DNA of 64,000 nt from Nanobdellota archaeon (lineage in GTDB: Archaea; Nanobdellota; Nanobdellia; Woesearchaeales; SM23-78). The position numbers were made by a program, and so were the translations under genes. Of the stretch, positions 49,416 through 58,446 are shown piece by piece; the stretch's first letter is position 1; every line of letters begins with the position of its first letter. The notes beneath the pieces are model-generated. The model made no database searches. It worked only from the letters and a program-made list of their open reading frames with translations, and was not told the origin of the DNA. The stretch covers positions 34,832-98,831 of the forward strand of contig JAHJQO010000014.1 in assembly GCA_018819305.1 (NCBI GenBank). The letters are read 5' to 3'.

Positions 49416-50321
49416 ATGAAAAGAAAAATCATCAAACTAGGCAATGCAACCCTAGTAACATCTCTGCCAAGCAAATGGGTAAAAAAATACGGATTAAAAC
49501 AAGGAGATGAAATAGACATAGATGAGCAAGAAAGAAGTCTCCAACTTTCAACAGCCAAGAGCTTTCAGATGAGCAAAACAGAAATAGATGTTACAACCAT
49601 TGACCTGCTAATGAAAAGAATCGTAGTGGCGCGTTATCTTGCAGGCTATGATGTTATTAGAATAAAGATTGACAGTATAGAAAAAGCAAGAACAATACAA
49701 AAAAGAGCAAAAGATCTCATAGGTATGGAAGTGGTAAATCAAGGCAAAGACTTTGTAGAACTCAAAGAAATATCATACATAAATGAAGAAAGTTTTGAGC
49801 CAATGCTGAGAAGAGTATTTCTCTTGCTCCTAACTATTTCAGAAGAAAGTGAAAAAGCAATATTTGCATCGCAAACAGACCTGGAATATATTAAAGACAT
49901 GGAACAAAATGTTAATAATTTCACAGACTACTGCTTCAGAATACTGAACAAAAGAGGATATTCAAAATATAATAAAACACCAGATGTTTATTGTGTGGTA
50001 AATAACCTTGAATTTATAGGAGACGATTATAAGAAATTAGTATCATACATAACAGATAACAACTTGAAATTATCAAAAGAAAACAAAAACCTTTACGCTA
50101 AAATCAACAAGCTCTTAAGAGAATTATATGAAATTTATTACAAGTATTCAGATGACAAAGCAATTGCATTGGCAGAGCACAGGGATGAAATAATAAAAAC
50201 AATTGAAACAGCAACAAATAAAACAAAATCAGTAAAAGAAGCAGTATTATTACAGAAGTTCTACAACATTACAGAATTAATCATTAATGTTCTGGGGCAC
50301 ATACTAATTATACAAAGCTAG
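49416..50321 (+). CDS. AbrB-PhoU phosphate uptake regulator
   Basis: RKIIKLGNATLVTSLPSKWVKKYGLKQGD N-terminal domain; YLAGYD; LEFIGD PhoU repeat. Confidence 0.85.
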   Translation: MKRKIIKLGNATLVTSLPSKWVKKYGLKQGDEIDIDEQERSLQLSTAKSFQMSKTEIDVTTIDLLMKRIVVARYLAGYDVIRIKIDSIEKARTIQKRAKDLIGMEVVNQGKDFVELKEISYINEESFEPMLRRVFLLLLTISEESEKAIFASQTDLEYIKDMEQNVNNFTDYCFRILNKRGYSKYNKTPDVYCVVNNLEFIGDDYKKLVSYITDNNLKLSKENKNLYAKINKLLRELYEIYYKYSDDKAIALAEHRDEIIKTIETATNKTKSVKEAVLLQKFYNITELIINVLGHILIIQS

Positions 50322-52322
50322 TTACTTTTTAGAAGGACCAAATTTAGAATCATAAGCAGCAGTTGCTAAATCCATTGTTTCTTTAAACCAATTTTTTATA
50401 GTTATACCTTTATTCACATCCATACGAATAGGAGTATCAACATAACCATCTTGCCTAATTACTTCATCAACAGTAAAATAAAAATATATATGGTTTTCTT
50501 CTAAATAAGGTCTTAAGACATCATAATCTTCAGAACCTGTTTGCCTAATTGCTTCAATAGCAAGGTAATGATTTAAATAAAATAATCTGCCAGTTCTAGT
50601 ATCTTTAAATTGTTTTTCAGCATACTCAATCCTGGCTTCTGCCAGAAACATCCTTATATCCTCATCTTTTTCACGAGCCATTTGCAAAAGAGATACCTTT
50701 GTATCCAAGTCCATATCTTTTTTTAACTGAATTTTTTCTTGCTCTAGATTATTTGTTTTTTTATTCATAACATACCAGCTGGCACCAGCAACAGCAGCAA
50801 GTGCAATGGCTCCATAAACAGTCCACTTCTGCCAGGTTCTGATGTTCTTACCTCTTTTTAGGCCTTGTTTCAGTTTTCTCAGTGTTTTATTTTTTTGCTT
50901 GTCATCTGTCTGGTCAAGCAGGTACTCTTTGATCTGTATTGAAGCCATGTTTTCCTGAGAACCAAGAGCATGAGGATTATAATCTTTCAGATAATCTCCC
51001 AACTGACTCCCTAAATCTGTGAGTGAATCATCAAATGTTCCTATGTATTCTGTGATTTTTTCTTTGAAATCTCCCGGCAGCAAGCTTTTTTCAACAACAT
51101 GGTCAAGCCTATTCAAGGCAAGAGTATAAGCAACATCTGCCATTGTTGATAAAGCCGTGGACTTCTCAATAACAGGAGTTTTCTTCAAACGTCTATTCTT
51201 GAAATCAAGTTTAATTTTGGATTTCTTAACATGATTTGACCTCATCTTATATCTGACTGCTGTTAACAAGTCCTGAACAACAGCATTCAAAGCATATCTT
51301 TTATGAGATGCTTGTATATCTTGTTCTGTTAATTCTCTGCCTTCTAAATTCGCAAGGTTTCCAGAGGCATAACTTATAATTCTTTCCTGTGCATCATAAT
51401 CAACTCCTACTTTGGTTAAGAGTCTTTCATAATCAAATTCTAAGAATCCCTTGCTTAAGCCTTCCATGTCAATTATTTTAATATTATCTTCATCAATCAA
51501 AACATTGCTATGTATTAAATCTCTGTGAATCACATAATTATTTGCATTATTAATTTCTGTAAAGCATTCGGCTAAATGTTCATTGATATCTTGTTTAAGA
51601 TTCTCTCTTTCAGCAGGTACATGAAGCCCCTGGGAGGACAACTGATCATAATCTTGCATTCTTTGAAAAAAGAATTTGTTAAAAGCTTTTTCTACTGTTA
51701 ATAAATCGTCCAAGGTTTGTTTTCCTTTTTTATCTTGGAATATGTACTTGTTTTCAGTGAGATTCAATGACAATCTTTGATAAGTATCAATAATGTTCTT
51801 TATTGTTTCTTCTTTTTCCTGAGGATTCATATCCTGGCAAGCATCTGCAAATGAGCTTGCATTAATCATTGGATAGGATATAATCTGTTTATTATCATTA
51901 GTGAATGAAGGAGGAACAATTATGTTTTCCAAGTCTGTTCCCTGAAGATGAGTGTAAACCCTTTCTTGCATATCCAGAGCTCTTTTGTATGATTCTTTTG
52001 TTGAGAATAATTTGACAAAATTGTCAATTGCAAGGTCTTTGGTTATTGGAAGGGTTACTCTGAATAATTCACCTCCAGCAACAGTATGTTTTGTAGCATA
52101 TTTCATCTGAATTGCAGGAATGTCAAACAGCTTATTGCCGCTTTTTTTAACAAGCTTAGTCAAGCGCTCAACAGTAAGAACATCAATTTTTCCCTGGTCC
52201 AGCCATTCTTCAACAGGTTTGTAGATAAAGTCCTGAAGAAAAGTCTTGTAATCATTGCCAAGAATCTGTTTTAAAGAAAGTCGGATTCCTTCCTGATTTG
52301 TCAGAGGATTAGATAGGGTCAT
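50322..52322 (-). CDS. Membrane-anchored protein-kinase-like (APH/phosphotransferase) protein
   Basis: FVKLF, VIHRDLIHSNVLI, IIDME; TM WTVYGAIALAAVAGASWYV followed by coiled coil. Confidence 0.7.
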   Translation of the reverse strand: MTLSNPLTNQEGIRLSLKQILGNDYKTFLQDFIYKPVEEWLDQGKIDVLTVERLTKLVKKSGNKLFDIPAIQMKYATKHTVAGGELFRVTLPITKDLAIDNFVKLFSTKESYKRALDMQERVYTHLQGTDLENIIVPPSFTNDNKQIISYPMINASSFADACQDMNPQEKEETIKNIIDTYQRLSLNLTENKYIFQDKKGKQTLDDLLTVEKAFNKFFFQRMQDYDQLSSQGLHVPAERENLKQDINEHLAECFTEINNANNYVIHRDLIHSNVLIDEDNIKIIDMEGLSKGFLEFDYERLLTKVGVDYDAQERIISYASGNLANLEGRELTEQDIQASHKRYALNAVVQDLLTAVRYKMRSNHVKKSKIKLDFKNRRLKKTPVIEKSTALSTMADVAYTLALNRLDHVVEKSLLPGDFKEKITEYIGTFDDSLTDLGSQLGDYLKDYNPHALGSQENMASIQIKEYLLDQTDDKQKNKTLRKLKQGLKRGKNIRTWQKWTVYGAIALAAVAGASWYVMNKKTNNLEQEKIQLKKDMDLDTKVSLLQMAREKDEDIRMFLAEARIEYAEKQFKDTRTGRLFYLNHYLAIEAIRQTGSEDYDVLRPYLEENHIYFYFTVDEVIRQDGYVDTPIRMDVNKGITIKNWFKETMDLATAAYDSKFGPSKK

Positions 52323-52471
52323 TTTGTTTCCACCTCCTCTAGAACATCTATTGTCAGTCTTACAATTGTTTTCGGCTTTAGATAGTTTTCAAGAATCCTA
52401 GGGACAACAATGATTGCTTGATTACTATGCTTAGCAACTTTTTTTGTGATTATGAATTGTTTGATTGGCAA
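52319..52471 (-). CDS. Small AbrB-like (swapped-hairpin) protein, not in ORF track
   Basis: TTG start after GGGGG SD; MPIKQFIITKKVAKHSNQAIIVVPRILENYLKPKTIVRLTIDVLEEVETK; ATGA overlap with the kinase-like gene. Confidence 0.65.
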   Translation of the reverse strand: MPIKQFIITKKVAKHSNQAIIVVPRILENYLKPKTIVRLTIDVLEEVETK

Positions 52472-52606
52472 AATATTCCCCCTAAAATGTATAATTTAGA
52501 CATATTGCTATTCTTATCATTTATAAATGTTTTGATTTTTAGCTACTTTTCAGTAGTGAAAGATTGTTGGAAAGGTTTTTATAAGCAGCAACATTCATAA
52601 CAGAGG

Positions 52607-53287
52607 GTGGGTGAAATAAAGAAAAAACCAACAGAGCAAAAAACACTTGTAATTCTCTCTGCAATCTTAATAATCATTATCTTGTTCTCAGCCAGCTTTT
52701 TTATGGTCTTGTTTGACAAGAAATTATATGACAAGCAGTTTGAGCAGAGCGGCATATATGAAGAAATTGGTGTCTTTGGCATAAGGAACACAGTTGACTA
52801 TTTAATTAAATACTTAACTAGTGGAAATACTGAAATTAATGAAATACCAGAACTGGCAGTGTTCTCAGAAGCAGAAAGATCTCATTTGGAAGATGTCAGA
52901 TACATTATAATCTGGGCTAAGGCTCTTGGGATCGCAGCCTTTGTTCTTCTCATCATATTTATTCTTCGTCTTAACCAGCTCAAAGACTATGCTTTGAATT
53001 TCAGAAGAATTCTAATTTATGGAGGCATAGCAACTTTGGCTGTGCTCGCAATAATTTTTTTCCTAAGCTTGAATTTTCCTGCATTTTTCGATGCATTTCA
53101 TAGATTATTGTTTCCGCAGGGAAATTATACTTTTCCAGTAAATTACTTGTTAATCAAAATGTTTCCACAAGTATTTTTTAATGCATATGCAATAAAAATG
53201 TTTTTTCATGTATTAATCATGAGCTTGGTGCTTATATTCTTAGGTTCTTCTTCAGCTCTGGCCTTCAGAAAGACCAGACGCAATTAA
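52607..53287 (+). CDS. DUF1461/TIGR01906 membrane protein
   Basis: ERSHLEDVR, FFDAFHRLLF, LIKMFP. Confidence 0.82.
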   Translation: MGEIKKKPTEQKTLVILSAILIIIILFSASFFMVLFDKKLYDKQFEQSGIYEEIGVFGIRNTVDYLIKYLTSGNTEINEIPELAVFSEAERSHLEDVRYIIIWAKALGIAAFVLLIIFILRLNQLKDYALNFRRILIYGGIATLAVLAIIFFLSLNFPAFFDAFHRLLFPQGNYTFPVNYLLIKMFPQVFFNAYAIKMFFHVLIMSLVLIFLGSSSALAFRKTRRN

Positions 53288-53815
53288 ATGAGCAACACGA
53301 ATAGGTTCTGGCAAATTAGAATGAGTACATGTTATTTTTAGCAATTTCTTTGTGTCTTCCAGATTTATACCAACATGCTGAACATAAATATCATCTATCT
53401 TAACTGGCTTTGGCATCTTCTTAATAATATCAATTTTTTTATCCATGCGAAGGCCTTTTAATGCAGCAAATATTTTTTTATAATCGGGATGATCTCGGAT
53501 GACAATAATCACAGGAATCTTTAATTCTTTGTTCAGAACAACAGGATTAATCACATTAAAGCCAGCAACAGCAATTCCTTTCAAAAAAATAGCTTGAATC
53601 TGTGGTCTGAACTTAGAATCCTTAACCATCTCAATTATTCTAAGAGTTGCATCTTCTCCATCTTTCTTAACATTACAAGAAAGAAGACCGTCCATAAAGT
53701 TGCCGCCTCGAAAAAGAGTAGCAACAACTCTCACATATTTCTGCAGAGGGTCAAACTTATCAAAGCAAGTGTCTGCAATTCCTAAAACACGGAGTTCTTT
53801 TTTTAGTTTATTCAT
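53252..53815 (-). CDS. DUF99 endonuclease V-like protein
   Basis: RVLGIAD, DGEDAT, GIAVAGFNVI, PEPIRVAHLIA. Confidence 0.85.
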   Translation of the reverse strand: MNKLKKELRVLGIADTCFDKFDPLQKYVRVVATLFRGGNFMDGLLSCNVKKDGEDATLRIIEMVKDSKFRPQIQAIFLKGIAVAGFNVINPVVLNKELKIPVIIVIRDHPDYKKIFAALKGLRMDKKIDIIKKMPKPVKIDDIYVQHVGINLEDTKKLLKITCTHSNLPEPIRVAHLIASGLSEGQS

Positions 53816-54591
53816 TTTAACTTCCTAACAAATGTCAAGAAAGCTGTATGCCCATGGTCTTTTGTTTTTGGCCTGCTTCTCTTGGCATCAACAGCCCATT
53901 CTCTCTCAATAACCTCAATTGTTTTTTCTATTAATAATTCTTCAGGTAATTCTTTGACAAAATCCTGCACCTGAGTAATGTTTGGAAGATAAATAACCAG
54001 AAATCCGCCAATCTTTAGCACTTTTTGTGCTGTCTTTATTGCTTTCCCAGGATCAGGAACATCAAGCACAAATATATCTATATTTTTCTCATTAATCTTT
54101 GTATAAGAATATATGTTGCCTTCTTTAACAGTGATGTTCCTTAAGCCCAAAGATTGAATGTTTTCTGTGGTGGTTTCAAGACTGGATTTATCAATATCAT
54201 AAGATATAACTTTCTTGGCAAGCATTGCAAGAAAACAAGCAATTGCACCTGAACCAGAACCAGCATCAAGAACAACAGAATCTTTTGTAATGCCTGTGTT
54301 AGCAATAATTGCACCAATATCTTTAAGTGTGATTATCTGCGCCATTCTTTTAATGCGCTTGTAATGGTCAAGAAAAACAGGGTCAAGAATAATAAATTCA
54401 TGGTTTTTGACTTTTACAACAGAGCCTGCTTTTTTTAGCAGGTCTTTCTTAGATATTATTCCATGTTTTGTGTGAAAATCCTTGTCAGCATCAACATAAT
54501 GCTTTTCAAAACCGGAAATAACTCTCTCTTTATCATCCACTTGAATTTTTTTCTCTTTTTTAATCAGGATTTTCTTTTTTGCCATTTTCAA
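53812..54591 (-). CDS. trmI: tRNA (adenine-N1)-methyltransferase
   Basis: RMAQIITLKD, DAGSGSGA, VLDVPDP, HTAFLTFVR. Confidence 0.88.
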   Translation of the reverse strand: MKMAKKKILIKKEKKIQVDDKERVISGFEKHYVDADKDFHTKHGIISKKDLLKKAGSVVKVKNHEFIILDPVFLDHYKRIKRMAQIITLKDIGAIIANTGITKDSVVLDAGSGSGAIACFLAMLAKKVISYDIDKSSLETTTENIQSLGLRNITVKEGNIYSYTKINEKNIDIFVLDVPDPGKAIKTAQKVLKIGGFLVIYLPNITQVQDFVKELPEELLIEKTIEVIEREWAVDAKRSRPKTKDHGHTAFLTFVRKLK

Positions 54592-54606
54592 GAATAGTAA
54601 AAGGAG

Positions 54607-54709
54607 AGCGGGAGGGGAGACTCGAACTCCCGATCAGTGGGTTGCAGCCACTTGCCTTAGCCGCTTGGCCTTAGGAAAAAACCTCAAAAATGATAGTCTT
54701 TACTCCCGC
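54607..54709 (-). tRNA. tRNA-Cys(GCA) with a 31-nt intron at 8/9
   Basis: Acceptor GCGGGAG/CTCCCGC, D arm GCC/GGC, anticodon arm AGTGG-CTGCAAC-CCACT, T arm GGGAG-TTCGAGT-CTCCC; removing 54671-54701 gives a 72-nt cloverleaf. Confidence 0.88.
54671..54701 (-). other. Bulge-helix-bulge tRNA intron
   Basis: Central helix G3G4G5A6/UCCU, bulges G7U8^A and AA^G9, outer pairs G1C2/G10C11, inner helix AAGA/UUUU. Confidence 0.75.
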
Positions 54710-54714
54710 AAAAA

Positions 54715-55440
54715 CTAAGGTCGCTCTCCTGCTAAAGCAGACAAAAGCTTTATCTGCTTATTGGGTGTGTTAAAGCCTATATATTTATAAAAGTTTCCGA
54801 AAGAAGACTTCTCTATTTCAAAACGCATCTCTACACTTTGAGAACCGTCTTTTCTAATATTTAGATTCCAATATCTAATAGGGGAAGCCTTAATATAAAA
54901 ATTATTTAACAAAGATCTTATTTGACTCAAGAATCGTAAGCCATCATCTAATAAATCTTTATTTTTACAAAAAGTCAAAGAGATTCGCCACCGTACATAA
55001 TTCTTATATTGCTTTGTGAAAAAAATTGAACCTTCGCAATCAAACAAACTTCTAAGATAAGCACTTTTTATTTCATTAGAACCATTTATAATCCACCCCG
55101 GAACTTGAAAAGGAGTGTTTGTTTTGTTACCTTTAGGAACACCAACTCGTTTAAGAAACAAAGCAGTTGATTTAGAAATAAAGAATAATTTATACCTTAA
55201 GTTAAGAGTTATAACTTTTTTGCCCGGACTTCTATCTTCATATATTCTTCCTTCAACATCAAATACTTTTTTAAATAATTTTTTAACTCTATTTATTTCA
55301 TCTAAATCTTTTGAATAAAAAGAAGTTAGATACCTCCATTCTTTTATTTGCAAATGACCATCTGAAGTTATAAGTGCAGCTATTTGTGCAAGTTCTAGAG
55401 TTAATTTATTTTTCATCTCGCCCCGAGTTGATGAAAGCAT
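54715..55440 (-). mobile_element. Free-standing LAGLIDADG homing endonuclease
   Basis: IAALITSDGH and AYLRSLFDCEGS motifs; alternative start 55416; stop 5 nt before the tRNA-Cys 5' end. Confidence 0.85.
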
Positions 55441-55460
55441 AAATTAATGGAAGGATGATT

Positions 55461-55491
55461 ATATATAAGACTGACGTCAACATGTCCAGTG
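55461..55491 (+). repeat. Imperfect direct repeat, copy 1
   Basis: ATATATAAGACTGACGTCAACATGTCCAGTG, 25/31 identical to 56767-56797. Confidence 0.55.
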
Positions 55492-55558
55492 CTCGCAGTA
55501 CATTAGACTGAGAAAAACAGGCTTAATAAAGGTTACGAAAAAAATAGAATTTCCAGAA

Positions 55559-56137
55559 TCATTTCTTTCTTGCATTCTTGATTGCTTGGTCTAGGTCATT
55601 TTTAGAAATCTTATGTTTTCTGAATTTTTTTTGTATTTCTTCAGATAATTCTTTGAATTTCTTTTTTAGAGCAATTTTTTTCAGTTCGCTTCTATACTTC
55701 TCAATTTCATTATTAGTAATATTAGAAACAATCTCATCAAACAATGATACAAATAATTTTGCTTCTTTAAGTATTTGTTTAACCTGTGCTTCTTTACCAA
55801 TTTTTATATAATATTGGGCATCTATTCTTTTTTCTTTGTGTTGATTTACCACATTTATTTTATCATCTCCTAATAAAAAACCTACTGCTGATATTGAACA
55901 AGAATGAATCTCGCAGTTAACACCTATTTTTTGCAGAAAAGAGTATAATGCATAATAATCTGCATAATAGATAACTACAGTACTCCAGAGCAAGTCATTG
56001 TCTTCAAAATCCTTTTCTGCTCTTTTTAATGATGATTTAGCTTCTTTTAGATACAAATCCGAAAGTCTTTTGTTTGGCTCAACTATTCTTAATCCATCTT
56101 TAATTCCAAAACACCAACTCAATTTCTTATCCTGCAT
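55559..56137 (-). CDS. HEPN domain protein
   Basis: YLKEAKSSL, VVIYYADYYAL, CEIHSC, RIDAQYY; start placed at ATG 56137. Confidence 0.82.
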   Translation of the reverse strand: MQDKKLSWCFGIKDGLRIVEPNKRLSDLYLKEAKSSLKRAEKDFEDNDLLWSTVVIYYADYYALYSFLQKIGVNCEIHSCSISAVGFLLGDDKINVVNQHKEKRIDAQYYIKIGKEAQVKQILKEAKLFVSLFDEIVSNITNNEIEKYRSELKKIALKKKFKELSEEIQKKFRKHKISKNDLDQAIKNARKK

Positions 56138-56714
56138 AGTAACTCCACATATTATCAACATAAAAAGAATGATTGTTTAGGATGACATGATTTTCTTCTA
56201 TCTCTTTTATTATTGTTTCTTGTTGGCTTAGTGATTTTATAAAAGTTGCTTCTGTCATATCAATCTTATGAAGTTCGTATGGAAGCAGATGAAGAGGTAA
56301 TTTTAATTCATTCATTGATATTTTTAATAAATCCAAATCTGAATTCTTATCTGCTTTGAATCTAGCAAAGCTTCCAAAAATAATTAAAGGAGTTAATGTT
56401 TTAATTTCTTTTAGAAAGGTTTTGAATACAGGATATTTTTCCAGGAACAAGAATGTTTTATATATCTCTGCTTGTAAAAGATAGAATTTTGTTTGTATAT
56501 TGCTTAAATTTAGTTTAAAGTATTTATTTTTTCCTTCCTGGCTTCCTATAAGTATGTTTTTTTGTTCAAGTTCTTTTATCTTGTTCTGTGTTGTCTTAAG
56601 AGGTGTCTTTGTTAATCTGCTTATTTCCCTTAGGTAAAACTGTTTCTTATAATCGTTTAGGTATAGCATTATTATCCCAAGTTCTTTGTTTCTTTTTAGA
56701 TACATATGTATCAT
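56127..56714 (-). CDS. HTH plus minimal nucleotidyltransferase (MNT) antitoxin-like protein
   Basis: FYLREISRLTK HTH; IIFGSFAR...SDLDLL. Confidence 0.85.
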   Translation of the reverse strand: MIHMYLKRNKELGIIMLYLNDYKKQFYLREISRLTKTPLKTTQNKIKELEQKNILIGSQEGKNKYFKLNLSNIQTKFYLLQAEIYKTFLFLEKYPVFKTFLKEIKTLTPLIIFGSFARFKADKNSDLDLLKISMNELKLPLHLLPYELHKIDMTEATFIKSLSQQETIIKEIEENHVILNNHSFYVDNMWSYYAG

Positions 56715-56766
56715 AAAATATACGATTGTTTAAATATTTTTCGATAAAAAAACAAAATCAGAACTA

Positions 56767-56797
56767 ATATGTAAGCCTGACTTAGAGATGTCCAGTG
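56767..56797 (+). repeat. Imperfect direct repeat, copy 2
   Basis: ATATGTAAGCCTGACTTAGAGATGTCCAGTG. Confidence 0.55.
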
Positions 56798-56800
56798 GAG

Positions 56801-56880
56801 AACGAAAATTTTACGAAAAAAACAAATTTTTGACTCGCATAACAAAAAAGTTATGCGATAACGAAAATTTTACGAAAAAA
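56801..56880. repeat. 21-bp exact direct repeat enclosing a 9-bp-stem hairpin
   Basis: AACGAAAATTTTACGAAAAAA at 56801-56821 and 56860-56880; TCGCATAAC-AAAAAA-GTTATGCGA at 56835-56858. Confidence 0.7.
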
Positions 56881-56906
56881 GTTAAATAAGAGTACTAATA
56901 ACTCAG

Positions 56907-57614
56907 TTGATAATGAATGCAAAAGACGTCAAAAAAGACCTGAAAAAGCTTGCAAACCCGGAGCAAGCAAAGCTATTGCAAAGATTCTTCAAAACAGGAC
57001 TTGGAGAATATGCTGAAGGGGATGTTTTTCTAGGAATAAAGGTTCCTGTTCAAAGAAAAGTTGCAAAGAACTATATTGATTTAAGTTTAAAAGATGTTCA
57101 GGAATTACTTAGCAGCAAAATTCATGAGCATAGATTATCAGCATTATTCATTCTTATAGACAAATACAAAAAATCAGATCTTAAGGGTAAAAAACAAATA
57201 TTTGATTTCTACTTAAAAAACACTCAACATATCAATAACTGGGATTTAATTGATTTATCTGCTCCAAATATTGTTGGAAACTACCTGTTGGATAAAGACA
57301 GAAAAATACTCTATAAACTTGCAAAATCAAAGAGCTTGTGGGAGAAAAGAATCTCTGTTCTTGCAACTTTTAGTTTTATCAACAATAAAGAAACCAAAGA
57401 TATACTTAAAATTGCTGAAATCTTACTGCATGACAAGCATGACTTAATACACAAAGCAGTCGGATGGATGCTCAGAGAGATTGGCAAAAGAGTTAGCCAG
57501 GCAGAAGAAGAAAAATTTCTCAAAAAACATTACAAAGTAATGCCAAGAACAATGCTCAGGTATGCTATTGAAAGATTTGATGAGAAGAAAAGAAAGTTTT
57601 ATATGAAGAAATAA
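56907..57614 (+). CDS. DNA alkylation repair protein (AlkD-like)
   Basis: FFKTG.GEY.EGD.FLGI.VP, INNWDLIDLSA, HDLIHKAVGWMLREIGK, MPRTMLRYAIE. Confidence 0.9.
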   Translation: MIMNAKDVKKDLKKLANPEQAKLLQRFFKTGLGEYAEGDVFLGIKVPVQRKVAKNYIDLSLKDVQELLSSKIHEHRLSALFILIDKYKKSDLKGKKQIFDFYLKNTQHINNWDLIDLSAPNIVGNYLLDKDRKILYKLAKSKSLWEKRISVLATFSFINNKETKDILKIAEILLHDKHDLIHKAVGWMLREIGKRVSQAEEEKFLKKHYKVMPRTMLRYAIERFDEKKRKFYMKK

Positions 57615-58346
57615 TCAATCTTTAGCTTTTTCCCACTGCTCATTAAAGAATCTTTGCCATCGAACATAATTTTCTCTTGATTTTATTAAGAATCCAACTG
57701 GCTTTTTTCCCCATATCACATTTAACAAATGGTCTTTAAAGATAAAGATTCCTGTGGGAAACTCTTGTCTAGTGTATTTTATTTTGATAAGTTCATATTG
57801 ACTGTAAAATTGTTTAAAAATATGTTTCCATTTAATATTATGCAAGGTTCTTATTCTTATTTTCATATCTAACCTTTTTTTAAAGACTTGGGCCCAGAAA
57901 ATTTGTAGTTCTTCTTTAGCCAGGAGCTCTCCTAATGGCAGTCCGCAATATTCACTATTTTTTCCAATATAATCATACATTTCATAAAAAACAGATTTTA
58001 TGGCGCGAGCTCCTTCATATATCCTTGCATCATATTCAACTTCTTTTTTTTGCCTTATTATCTGTAGTTCATCTACGGTCTCACTTAAGTTTGCTTTTTT
58101 TTCTTCATAAAAATTCATTAAGGTGTTTGGATCAGAAGCCTGAAAATATTTTGTTTTTCCTTTTAAAACATAATTGCATAAACCTTTTTTCATCAATTTA
58201 TCTAATGTTTCATAAATTTTAGAGTTTTGAACTCCTGAATCTTTAACTAAAGGTCCTGTTGTTGTACTGCCCAGCTTTAACAACACCAAAAATACTGCTA
58301 TTTCTCTTTCTGAAAGGCCTAGGTCTAAAAGGATTTGTTTGTTCAT
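57615..58346 (-). CDS. TrmB-family transcriptional regulator
   Basis: LGLSEREIAVFLVLLKLG...SKIYETLDKLMKKGL; divergent from the ABC operon. Confidence 0.87.
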   Translation of the reverse strand: MNKQILLDLGLSEREIAVFLVLLKLGSTTTGPLVKDSGVQNSKIYETLDKLMKKGLCNYVLKGKTKYFQASDPNTLMNFYEEKKANLSETVDELQIIRQKKEVEYDARIYEGARAIKSVFYEMYDYIGKNSEYCGLPLGELLAKEELQIFWAQVFKKRLDMKIRIRTLHNIKWKHIFKQFYSQYELIKIKYTRQEFPTGIFIFKDHLLNVIWGKKPVGFLIKSRENYVRWQRFFNEQWEKAKD

Positions 58347-58446
58347 TCATAAGAGAATATTAATCAACATATAAAAAACTTTCCTATTACTACCGTCAGA
58401 AGGGGTAAATAGTTTTTAAATAGAGATTTTTATTCACCTAACTAAA

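Noticed and set aside
53240-53254. TGA recoding (alternative genetic code), suggested by DUF99 ending GQS*RRT* and by the methyltransferase TGA
   Set aside because: Many intact genes here end at TGA at their expected C-termini (2220-2222, 9655-9657, cfa), and no conserved gene needs internal TGA readthrough
56801-56880. Mini CRISPR array
   Set aside because: Only two 21-bp copies, the spacer is itself a hairpin, and no cas genes are present
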